DNA of 64,000 nt from Antedon mediterranea (taxonomy: Eukaryota; Animalia; Echinodermata). Position 1 is the first letter of the stretch. Each line of letters opens with the position of its first letter. A model generated the notes under the pieces. The model was not told where the DNA came from. It searched no databases and saw only the letters and a list, made by a program, of their open reading frames with translations. Positions 13,801-24,573 of the stretch are shown piece by piece. Both the position numbers and the translations under genes were made by a program. The stretch covers positions 18,866,871 to 18,930,870 of the forward strand of contig NC_092676.1 in assembly GCF_964355755.1 (NCBI RefSeq), read 5' to 3'.

Positions 13801-14398
13801 AAAATGTTTTAAAAGAACGAAGTTTGATCCAAAAAACTATAGATAGGATTCCCTTTATTAATGTATATAAGATTCAAGAAACTTAAAATGTAAATTCATT
13901 TTGGTTGGCATAGTTACCTGTAAGACAATAAAACTACAAACAAAAATACATCAATATTAATGTTCATTGCCTGATGTGTCAATATTAAAATACTGTACGG
14001 TTAATTATAAATGTTAAAATACTGTAAAACTAAACAGATTATAATAATAATAATAAACGTTTATTTATTTAACTTCATTAAAAAATGTAATGACTAAATA
14101 TGTCTTATAAATATTAGGCCCTGCCTGGTAGTAGGTCTAAATAGTACAGTACCGATTTCTGAAATAGGCCGAGACGTCCTGAAACCTAAGCCTAACACTG
14201 CAGACTTGGTAAGTTACTACGTTATAAGGGGGCTGGCCTGCCTCTCTCGCTAGCTCCTCGCTCAGTTTTTGTGCAACCTCAATCTAGGCCCTATTCATAG
14301 TTTGAATAAAGAGTCAATTATTACCAACTAAATTCTTGTTCCTCATTATCTTCAAGATCCATTTTATCAGAATTTGTCTTTGAAAACAAGCACCCCAT
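7882..14398 (-). CDS. RP2: Protein XRP2 (retinitis pigmentosa 2; ARL3 GAP with tubulin-cofactor-C domain), about 345 aa, 9 coding exons
   Basis: Exons (minus): 14398-14325, 13157-13040, 12324-12233, 11722-11550, 11182-11079, 10526-10398, 9698-9621, 9287-9188, 8051-7882. All GT-AG, phases consistent, 1038 nt. Starts MGCLFSK (acylation motif); contains [60 protein letters not shown]; ends [11 protein letters not shown]. Matches the human RP2 pattern throughout. Confidence 0.95.
8163..8601 (+). mobile_element. Retroposed AT-rich LINE 3' end with poly(A) tail and 13-bp TSD
   Basis: AAGATAGGAACAT at 8150-8162 and 8602-8614; AATAAA followed by an A-rich tail at ~8572-8601. Confidence 0.75.
11238..11350 (+). 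mobile_element. Short interspersed repeat with (ACCG/ACCA)n core, Helentron/HINE-like; second copy at ~27105-27190 (minus)
   Basis: AACAAGGCCATATACATGGCTGCAGTCGC...GACCAACCGACCGACATAGTGAGCT occurs twice in the window, in opposite orientations. Confidence 0.55.
12496..12720. mobile_element. Palindromic MITE in RP2 intron 2
   Basis: Terminal inverted repeat TTGTCGTATTCGATT ... AATCGAATACGACAA, with internal inverted subrepeats. Confidence 0.7.
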
Positions 14399-14436
14399 TT
14401 TAAACTGAATTAAATTTGACGACAAAAGCAAGAAAG

Positions 14437-15407
14437 TATGGAACGCCTCCTCTGCCTTCAGTTCACATTTATCATGCAGTACACACCAATGGTCATGCAG
14501 TACACACCAATGGTCATGCAGTACACACCAATGGTCATGCAGTACACACCAATGGTCATGCAGTACACACCAATCGTCATGCAGTACACACCAATCGTCA
14601 TGCAGTACACACCAATCGTCATGCAGTACACACCAATTGTCATGCAGTACACACCAATTGTCATGCAGTACACACCAATGGTCATGCAGTACACACCAAT
14701 CGTCATGCAGTACACACCAATCGTCATGCAGTACACACCAATCGTCATGCAGTACACACCAATCGTCATGCAGTCAAATATTGCGTAATTTATACCGCCA
14801 CCTATCGAAAAAATCGAATATCACGTGACTTTTATTAGACGGCTGTAAAACTAAGGCTATATACAAACTTTATACTACAGCAACTCACGCTGTCTACTAC
14901 TACACCGCACGTGCTTTACGTCCTAAAGATTCCAAGATTTATTTAATAGTTTTTCCAGCCATTTTAGTCATAAAGCACGTGCGGTGTAGTAGTAGACATG
15001 CGTGAGTTGCTGTAGTATAATGTTTGAATAGCTAGTTTTACAGCCGTCTAATAAACGTCACGTGATATTCGATTTTGTCGATAGGTGGCGGTATAAATTA
15101 CGCAATATTTGACTGCATGACGATTGGTGTGTACTGCATGACGATTGGTGTGTACTGCATGACGATTGGTGTGTACTGCATGACCATTGGTGTGTACTGC
15201 ATGACCATTGGTGTGTACTGCATGACGATTGGTGTGTACTGCATGACGATTGGTGTGTACTGCATGATGTTTGGTGTGTACTGCATGACGATTGGTGTGT
15301 ACTGCATGATGTTTGGTGTGTACTGCATGACGATTGGTGTGTACTGCATGACCATTGGTGTGTACTGCATGACAAATGTGAACTGAAGGCAGAGGAGGCG
15401 TTCCATA
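14437..15407. mobile_element. Foldback non-autonomous DNA transposon, IS3EU-like (TATGG...CCATA ends, 6-bp TSD AGAAAG), arms built from 21-bp tandem repeats
   Basis: Inverted arms 14437-14918 and 14971-15407 with a ~52-bp spacer; AGAAAG at 14431-14436 and 15408-15413; 14 and 12 copies of CATGCAGTACACACCAAT(C/G/T)GT. Confidence 0.85.
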
Positions 15408-15413
15408 AGAAAG

Positions 15414-15845
15414 TACATGCGAAAAGCGTTTGTTTGGCAAGGCGACCAAAATAATTTACATAATCAACTTTGACATAAATTAGTTGCCAGAGGTAAAATA
15501 TTATAGTAAAAGCTATTATATTTGCACAAATATATCTCTGGTAAATAGAATATAATAAATGTATCTTTCATAAAGTTCTATATTTATAATAAACCTTTAA
15601 AAAATAATTACTTTCTGCTGCTTTCTGTTTTGTTGAAATTAATAGTTCAATACGTTTCGTATTTTGAAATTATTGAAATCAAATTGATTGGACCGCAGGA
15701 ATAATTACGTTTATTAGATGACGTAATAATTTTGGAAGTGAATGAATCGCGAGTTTTCCGCTCGGATCGTCGGGTCGTCCTTCTTTTCACCAATACGTTT
15801 AGATCCTTGTCTTCTTAACTTTTTGATAACTGAGGTTACTACAGG
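15414..15845. promoter_or_regulatory. Probable bidirectional promoter region for RP2 and SPRYD3, with a likely non-coding first SPRYD3 exon
   Basis: Divergent gene pair. Motifs: ATTGG (~15686), TGACGTAA (~15719), GGAAGTG (~15734), TCGCGA (~15747); local CpG enrichment; candidate donor CAG|GTATTT at ~15844 and acceptor CTACAG at 16301-16306. Confidence 0.5.
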
Positions 15846-16412
15846 TATTTGATTTTTTATTGGTTTCACCACCCTATGAATAAAGATTGATTTTATAGGC
15901 TTACTGCCTAGGCCTAGCCTACTAGCCCACCTCTAGGCTAGGAGGTAGGCTAGGCTAGCTAGCTAGGGCCTAGGCCTAGGCCTACACGCCGGCGCGGCTA
16001 GGTTTGGTAGGTAGGATGGCAGGGGGAGGCGACCTAGCTAGGCTAGAAAATGTATGTTGTAGATTGTAGGCTGGCCGCTGGGAGAATGGATCGCCTGTTG
16101 GTCCTAGGCTCTAAGATATTTCCAGTGTAGCCCGATGGTCTGATTATTGAATGTTTCACTTAATATTTACCCTGTAACTGTTAATTTATCTCTACTTAAC
16201 TAATGGCGGCAATATTGCTCTTTGTTTTTGTTGATTGACTGAGAAAGCAGTTTGTTAATGTTAGTCATTCATTCATTTTCTTTAAAACTTTTGCGCTACA
16301 CTACAGGATATCAACAGAACCATTTGATGGATATGTTTGCGTAAATACATGCCTCGACCTTCAGCCTAGGCTGTACACCAGCAGTGGTCGAGCTGATTGC
16401 TCACAACAGATA

Positions 16413-19400
16413 ATGCGTAGAGCCAGAAGGGGCATCCACTTTGGACTACAGTATCAGCACTTTTCACGAGTGAGGATGTTGGGCCGATTTATGGACCGTG
16501 AGGCAAATAGGCCACGTTATTACGGTGTTCTGCGCGTGGAAAACACATTACTGAGTAAAGGTGAAGGACTCTTCGTAGATGGTATGCCTGTCTCTCCTGG
16601 GAATAGCTTCTTTGAGGTACATATCTAAATTCCTGTCTGCACTATCAAAAGAAATGTGCCCATATTTTTTATGTTACTGTATATCAATACCATATTTGAG
16701 CATATCACTACCATATTTGGGCACATCACACTTTTTTTGTCAAACAAGTTTGATAGTGTAGACAGAACTTAACATTTATTTTATTAATATTTCCGAAACA
16801 CATCTCTTTGGCTTTATACAGCACAAAAAAAAAATACCAGCACCAGAGCGGGTCCCTCAAACTCGGTATAAATTCCGGTCATTTTATACCATACCACCCA
16901 ATGAGAGTATAGTCTTTTCTGAAAGATTGATTTACTGCCCTGGTTGAAAACTTCAAATAAATAACTTGAATGATTGAATATTATTTCCTCAGGTAGAGTT
17001 GTCCAACCCATTGAAGATACCATCAATTTGTGTTGGTCTTTCACCACCTGATCAAAAGCCAGGAACGCCATTAGGATCTGATGAGAAATCCTTGGGTTAT
17101 AATGTGACGGATTCCTCAGTGTAAGTTATTACGACTAAATAAATAGTGATAATATCCTGGATTTATAAAGCCCCTAATGTTTTGAAACCTCAAGGCGCTG
17201 TACATATTATAGTACCCTGGTCCTTGCCACATGTGTGGCAAATGCAAACGTACATAAAGTGTTCAAGGGTACAAGCAACAAGCATTAGATTCGAACCCAC
17301 ACTCTCACAATCAGTAATCCAACAAGCAACACTGCGCCACATGCCCTTACTCTCAATGTAAACTACATAGTGATACTATAGTTAGTTTACAGCTTAATTG
17401 ATGTTGAATTTATTGATCCAACGAATAACTCTTATTACTCCAACATTGAAGACATTGTAAACGGTTTTAATCGATATTTTACTTCTATTTTTAATGATGT
17501 TAACGTTCATTTTAATTTTAACGAACCTCCCCCCTGTTCTCTTAAAATCCCTGTACTTGCTGATATTTCATTTAGTCCGAATGATATAATTAACACCATA
17601 TCTACATTTCGGTCTAATTCCGCTCCTGGACCAGACTTAATATCAGTCAAATTACTCAAGCCAATATCGCATTCAATTGCCTATCCCCTTTGGTTGCTGT
17701 ATCGTACTTCTCTTAATACTGGTACTGTGCCCAATGATTGGAAATGTGTAAATACTATTCCAGTTCATAAATCTGGCGATAAGGCAGCGATAACTAATTA
17801 TAGACCAGTGGCCCTTTCCTCATTGGTGTGTAAAATTTTAGAGAAGATTATCGTAAATAACATTAATAACTTTACGTATGACAACGGTTTACTTAACCCT
17901 AATCAACATGGTTTTGTCAAACATAAATCTTGCGTAACTCAACTCAATAATGTTACCTATCACTGGTCAAAAATTCTTGACAAACGTGAGCCAGCAATTA
18001 TTGATACTCTGTTTTTAGACATGAGCAAAGCATTTGATAAAATGCCCTTCGACATCTTATTAACAAAAATTGCTGTAAATTTTAATATTCAAGGTAATAT
18101 CTGGAAATGGATATCTTCATACTTGACTGACAGGAATCAGAAAGTTTGTTTCAGGGGGGCTACTTCTTCCGTACTTCCAGTCACATCGGGTATACCTCAG
18201 GGCAGTTGTCTTGGTCCAATTTTATTCAATATGTTTGTGAACGATGTTAATCATAATGTTTCTTCTGAATGTTTTCTTTTTGCAGATGATATAATACTAT
18301 ATAGACACAGACAAAATGCCAACGATATTGTTAATTTGCAAAATGATATAAATATTTTATCTAATTGGGCTGATAAGAATCAAATGAAATTCAATGTCAA
18401 CAAAACTAAATTAATGCATATCACCAGAAAGCGTAACTTTGTTAAGCCGTTGTACTTTCTTAATGGTGAGACAATTGCGGTGGTTGATAGCCATAAACAT
18501 TTAGGAGTACATATCGATTCTAAACTGAATTGGAATGTTCAAATTGATAATCTAATATCGAAAGCTAATCGAATGTTAGGCTTTATTTTTTCTGTAGCCG
18601 GAAATTGCTCTCCAGACGCGATTTCGTGTCTGTACAAAACTTTGGTGCTACCTATTCTAGAGTATGGTTTGCCGGCGTGGGGCCCCAGAAATGGAGGACA
18701 CATAAAACGCCTCGAACAGGTTCAGCGACGGGCCTCTAGACGTATTCTGGGACCCCACTGCGGACCTATATCATACGACGAACGTTTAATAACTTTGGGT
18801 TGGTTATCCTTACGTGATAGACGTTTAATGATTTTAATTTCCTTTATATTTCGTTGTTTTTATAATGTAACTTTTTGTAGTACTGTAAATAACAATATCC
18901 ATATCAATCAACGCCATCCTGAATTACTCACATTTGTCCACCCTTTTGCACGTACCGATACTTTAAAATATTCGTCTATCAACAATTTTCCTGTTATATG
19001 GTCATCACTACCCTCCATAATCAAAGATCAAGCAGTTACTCTTCCTTTGAAAAATTTCCTGTCGAAATTGAAAAAATATCTGCTTGATCAACGCTAAATT
19101 TATTTTAATTGTATAGGAGTATTTTAAATGGTGTAACACAGTAATACAAATTAATTAAATTTTTTATATTTTCTGTATATTTTATATTCATTTTTAACTT
19201 GTATTAAGTTGTATGTTACAGGGATTGCGGACACAAATGTGTTATGGTGCTCTGTTGCTGTCGCAATCCCTGGACCGCTTGTTGTCGAATAAAGAAATGA
19301 AAATGAAAAAAAAAAAAATGAAAATGAAGATATAGACGAAGACCCATTAAAAGAATTCATTAGTATATGTAGAAAATCATGGAACTATTCTTTTAGTTAG

Positions 19401-22400
19401 TTGATATTGATTTATACAGTTAAGTAGATGATATTGATTTATACAGTTTTAAGTTGATGATATTGATTTATACAGTTAAGTTGATGATTTTGATTTATAC
19501 AGTTAAGTTGATGATTTTGATTTATACAGTTAAGTTGATGATATTGATTTATACAGTTTTAAGTTGATGATATTGATTTATACAGTTAAGTTGATGATAT
19601 TGATTTATACAGTTAAGTAGATGATATTGATTTATACAGTTAAGTTGATGATTTTGATTTATACAGTTAAGTTGATGATATTGATTTATACAGTTAAGTT
19701 GATGATTTTGATTTATACAGTTAAGTTGATGATTTTGATTTATACAGTTAAGTTGATGATTTTGATTTATACAGTTAAGTTGATGATATTGATTTATACA
19801 GTTAAGTTGATGATTTTGATTTATACAGTTAAGTTGATGATATTGATTTATACAGTTAAGTTGATGATATTGATTTATACAGTTAAGTTGATGATATTGA
19901 TTTATACAGTTAAGTTGATGATATTGATTTATACAGTTAAGTTGATGATTTTGATTTATACAGTTAAGTTTATGATATTGATTTATAAGTTGATGTAATT
20001 GATACAGTATATTGATGATATTGATTTATTAGTTGATGATATTGATTTATTAGTTGATGATATTGATTTACATATGTAGTAAGTTGATAATATTGATTTC
20101 TAAGTTGATGATATTGATTTATTAGTTGATGATATTGATTTATAAGCTGATGATATTGATTTATATAGTAAGTTGATAATATTGATTTATACAGTAAGTT
20201 GATGATATTGATTTCTAAGTTGATGATATTGATTTTTAAATTGATGATATTGATTTATAAGTTGATGATATTGACTTATAAGTTGTTGATATTGATTTGT
20301 AAGTTGATGATATTGATTTGTAAGTTGATGATATTGATTTGTAAGTTGATTATATTGATATATTCTTGTGAAGGAATGAGAGGCCACCAATTAATTTTAC
20401 AATGATGATGTTGAATACTGTAGTTTACAGACTGCAGTATGATTTCTAAAAGGTTTCCATTGAACTGCTATTTAGACTATGAAAGCAATTAAAGTTCAAA
20501 TAGACGTCTATGTATTATTCATTAAAATGTATCTTTGTTATGTTTTTCAATATTCCGAATTCAGGTTTTTGGTAAAATTGTTGTCTTCCTCTATTAAAAG
20601 TAATGGATTCAATCCACATACCCATTTCTGAATTCACATACTTCCTCAGAAAAGTTTTATCAAGTTTATTTCCATGTTTCAGCCACCATAAGGGTGAAGC
20701 TACTCCTTACGATGCATGTAAGAAAGGTGACAAGATTGGATGTGGGGTGAAGTTTTCTGAAGATGCCAAGGATGATGAACCTCGAACTGTTTACTTCACA
20801 ATAAATGGAAGAGAGGTACTTTTGATTTCTATTGATTTAATCCGTTTCAATTTTCTGCTGTTGCATTCACGCCAAAGAATTTTTAATAGCATAGTATTTG
20901 AAAACAAAATTGAAATAATGTCAATAAGTTCAATACTTCATTCTATAGAGAAAATGATTTAAAGGCCAGGTGCGGGCAAAAAATTTCTATTGATCATACA
21001 TTCCAATAATTATCGATCTATAGTTTCCCCTATGTTTCATAATTTTTGGGATTTTATTTGTGTTACACGAGCTTGTTGAAAATAAGCACTTTCTTATCAG
21101 TGGGGGGATAGTTCAAATTACACAGTAAAATCTCTATTCTTTTGTACACAAATTTTGTAAAGTAGAGAGGCATTTTAAAAAGCTATGAAAAATAAACGGT
21201 GTGGTAAAAATGTTATCAGATGACTAAATATAGGTAATATAACTTGAATATTACATTTTTGATATTTTTATTGAACTTCAGATTTTTATTTTCATGCTAT
21301 AGCAAAAATTATCCACCGTATATCCACCATCTTTTTTCACCGTCTAGGGAGTCACCAGACATGTTATTACATTAGGTTAACTACCTAACTACTGAAAAAA
21401 AGTCTTCCTGGTTTTTATGGAAGAATTTTTGCCAAATTTTGTATTTGACCATATTAAGGGAAATTAATTTTTTTTTCCTCTTGATTTCTGTTACAAATAT
21501 TTGATTTATGTACAATTAACCAAATATTATATTTAAAATTCATGCCTGTATCTGAGCTTTAAGTTCTAGAGAGCAAACTAAGTCATGTTATAGTGATGCA
21601 AACATGGCATTACATGACTCATCACAGTGGCTCATATGGTCAAGAATATTTTTCATTATACAAAAATAACTGAAAAGTTTGTTTTTTATGAGGATTATAT
21701 TATGCTCAACAATCTGTAGGTAGTGTGTGTCTAGTGTCTGATAATGGTTGGCCCTCTGTGTGGTCCCTCTTCATATTGAATCACTTTTTAGCTTTGATTA
21801 CATTGGGCTTCTCTCCCTAGTTAATTATATATAACTTCTTCACTTCATCAACAGATTGCAACACAAGAAGTTGAGTTCCCAGCTTGTGGTCTTTTCCCAG
21901 CCATTTCATTCAAGACGGCTGGTGATCGCGTACAGGTTCATTTGCAGGCGGATGGGCCTAGTATGGTGGAGGAAATGGTAGTTGACAGCTGTGAAGAGGA
22001 TTGGGCTAGGCTACACGATGTTGACGTTAACGGACCAGTAAGTAGTTAATATTTGGGGGCTTTTTTCGATTTACGATGACTGACAACCAAACTACGTCAT
22101 GTACTGTAGTTCATTGTGCGCATGCAGAAGGAGGGAGGACCTCGACACATAGGATGGTTTCTAGGTGCAGGCCATTACCGATTGACCTGACCTAGGTTGG
22201 TCCTCGGTCGAAAGCTCTCTGTTATTGACATCTGCAAAATGACGGAACAGTAGAATATATTATATTGTAAAACCTTTGTTTGGCCGTAAGACCACTTGGT
22301 ACTTCAGCTCTGTCTACTATCAAACTTTATGTGACAACAAAATGTGATGTGGCCATATATGGCATGATGATGTCATATCACTACCATATTTGAACATAGC

Positions 22401-24573
22401 ACTACCATATTTGGGCACATCACACCTTTTTTGTCAAACTAGTTTGATAGTGTAGACAGAGCTTAAGTCTATGTGCATGTGTGTATTCAATTTTTGGTAG
22501 TAGTTTAAGTTTGTTTTTCTCCCATGTTTATTTTATTTTCAGCCCTTTAACATTAATATTCTTATTCTTCTTCTAAATTGTAAATGTTTTATTTAGATTA
22601 AATCCTTTTTTTTTCATAGTTTTTATCGTATGTAGGAAGAGGAAAGTCGACAGCTAATGTTGGACTTGCCCAAGCGAGGAAACCAGTTACCCCAACAAAT
22701 CATTACTTTGAGTTAGAAATAATTGATCCTGGAAAAAACTGCTATGTTGCTATTGGTCTAGCCAGGCGTAACTATCCAAAATCACGTCACCCTGGTTGGA
22801 ATTATGGCTCCATAGCATACCATGCAGGTTAGTGAAGTTAAATCCAGTTGGAGAGGTGGGGGAGTTTGAGATAGTTGATCGTGAAAAAATTGCTATGTTG
22901 CTATTGGCCAACTATCCAAACCACCCTGGTTGGAATTTTTTCTCCATACCATATCATGCAGCTTGTAAGGTTAGGTTGGTGAAGTTAAATCCAGTTTGGG
23001 AGGTGGGAAAACACTGACAGAGGAAAAAAAACATTTTTTCAGTACATATATAAAAAATCATAGAAAAATGTGTTTACTTGAATGTTGCGGTGTATGGGTG
23101 GGTCACTACGACCTTAGGGAGTAACAAACATTACCCTTGCATATGTTACTATTATTTAGTTTATGATTATATTTTTGTTCTGTAGGCCAGACTATATTTA
23201 CATTACACAAAATGTTTACTACTGATTTTTAAACAAAAATAACTTTTTTAATAATAATAAAATCATTATTTCTGAAGAAAGAACAATAATTAAAACTGTT
23301 ATTTCAAAAAGTAGAGCGGCGTTTTTTGTAGGAAATATTTCTTGTTTAATGTAAGTTATCAGACAGAAATTTGGGTAATAAATATGTATGTAATGTCAAT
23401 GATATTTAACAGTCATATTTAGCTCTATATTCGACAGTGCCTTTACATTTATTCTTTGTTTATTTAGATGATGGTAAATTATTTAATGGTGTGGGACAAG
23501 GTGACCCATTTGGCCCCAGGTGCTATAAAGGTGATATTATGGGATGTGGAGTGATGTTTCCTCGTGATTATCAATTTGATGAGTAAGTTTGCATAAATAA
23601 GCTATGATAACACATAATGTTAATATTGTCTTTTTAAATTTTTGATTCAAATTGCAGATTAAAAGCCAATTTACACAGACGAGCGGTGACGGTAAGAAAT
23701 ACATAATGTTAGATGTTATTCCTTATGACCATTTACAAACAACGTGGAGCGGCCGGGCGGTTTCCGCTCAGGATAGATACAGATTCTATGTGGAACAAGC
23801 TCTTGGCTTACCGTTACAGCTACCGCTCGTCTGTGTAAATTGGCCTTATAGAAAATTTTCAGTTTGTCTTTCATTGCTTAAAATAATAAAAGTGAATATC
23901 TTTTACAGCGAAGATAAAGATGCTGAAGAAGAAGAGGGTGCTTCATCAGTGTTACCAGCTAGAGACCCGTTGTATGGCCTTGGTGACCTAAATCTTATGT
24001 ACCCTAGAGGGCAGTATGAAGATGACGATCAAGATTTAATTAATGAGGAATTGATGGATTTACAAAGTCAAGGAATCAGTGTACAGGTTGGTTTGCTTAT
24101 TTTGTTTATTTCTCAAGATTAAATTGAAAAAGAAAACCATGAAAAGTAAGCATCTACTGTACAGCCAACTTTCACATTACAGGACACTATTCGAATGACC
24201 TAATAAGTCTGGTATTCAGAGTGTGTTTTATGCTAAACATTAATTTTCTACGTCAATAAAAGCCTGGTTGTTTGGAGAGTCTCCGGTTTTCAGAGAAAAT
24301 TGGGAGAGCTGACAGTATGCATAGATGTTCTATTCAAATTCAAGAAAAGATGAGGACCCTACCCTAAGGAATAAAGGATCATTTATCACTGGTACCATGT
24401 AAGGAAATAATCATTTACTGCATACGATTTTTTTCCAGGTATTTTTCACTAGAAATGGCAAGACAATTGGACGAAGAGAAGTACGAATACCACAAGGTGG
24501 CTTCTTCCCCTCTATAGGAATGATGAGTATTGGAGAGAAAGTTCGCATTGATCTTCGACCTTTGAGTGGTTGA
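16413..24573 (+). CDS. SPRYD3: SPRY domain-containing protein 3, about 427 aa, 8 coding exons
   Basis: Exons: 16413-16616, 16993-17120, 20683-20815, 21855-22037, 22620-22827, 23468-23582, 23909-24086, 24439-24573. All GT-AG, 1284 nt in frame. Motifs MRRARR, EEDWARLHDV, VGLAQAR, HYFELEIIDPG, RHPGWNYGSIAYHADDGK, GDPFGPRCYKGDIMGCGVMFPRDY, VFFTRNGK, GEKVRIDLRPLSG* match vertebrate SPRYD3. Confidence 0.95.
16629..16769. mobile_element. MITE family C (AGCTCTGTCTACACTATCAAAC ends), degenerate copy
   Basis: Same terminal and internal (CACTACCATATTTGGGCACATCAC) sequence as 22306-22463 and 25784-26673. Confidence 0.7.
17140..17345 (-). mobile_element. tRNA-derived SINE with LINE-type 3' tail
   Basis: Minus strand: TGGCGCAGTG A-box, GGGTTCGAATC B-box, tail TGTACAGCGCCTTGAG...TTTATAAAT..TATTAT. 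Confidence 0.6.
17382..19328 (+). mobile_element. 5'-truncated CR1-group non-LTR retrotransposon with uninterrupted RT frame, in SPRYD3 intron 2
   Basis: Open frame 17382-19097 (ORF track gives 17694-19097) with SAPGPD, YRPVALSS, QHGF, FLDMSKAFD, GIPQGSCLGPILF, FADD, HLGV. No endonuclease domain. 3' UTR hairpin, AATAAA at 19288 and an (AAATG)n/A tail. Confidence 0.92.
19395..20360. repeat. Minisatellite, 27-bp unit (GTTGATGATATTGATTTATACAGTTAA) shifting to a 21-bp derivative
   Basis: Tandem array read directly; produces the spurious (MILIYTVKL)n ORF. Confidence 0.95.
20963..21558. mobile_element. ~595-bp non-autonomous DNA transposon with TTAA TSD, Kolobok-like (copy 1)
   Basis: TTAA|AGGCCAGGTGCGGGCA ... 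TGCCTGTATCTGAGCT|TTAA; near-identical to 40842-41431. Confidence 0.8.
22306..22463. mobile_element. MITE family C, Harbinger/Tourist-like
   Basis: Ends AGCTCTGTCTAC..TATCAAAC and GTTTGATAGTGTAGACAGAGCT, followed by TAA. Confidence 0.75.
23663..23846. mobile_element. MITE family B (GGCCAATTTACACAGACGAGCGG ends); other copies at 56462-56642, ~916-1075, ~57811-57900, ends at ~6325 and ~42290
   Basis: Terminal inverted repeats GCCAATTTACACAGACGAG / CTCGTCTGTGTAAATTGGCC with T(A/T)A-like flanks; repeated within the window. Confidence 0.8.

Noticed and set aside
14416-15449. Repetitive ORFs (HAVHTN)n, (MQYTPIV)n, (MTIGVYC)n as low-complexity proteins
   Set aside because: A 21-bp unit is open in several frames on both strands; the ORFs are mirror images inside a TSD-bounded foldback element.
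19621-20405. (MILIYTVKL)n and (NQYHQL)n ORFs
   Set aside because: Translations of a 27/21-bp intronic minisatellite.
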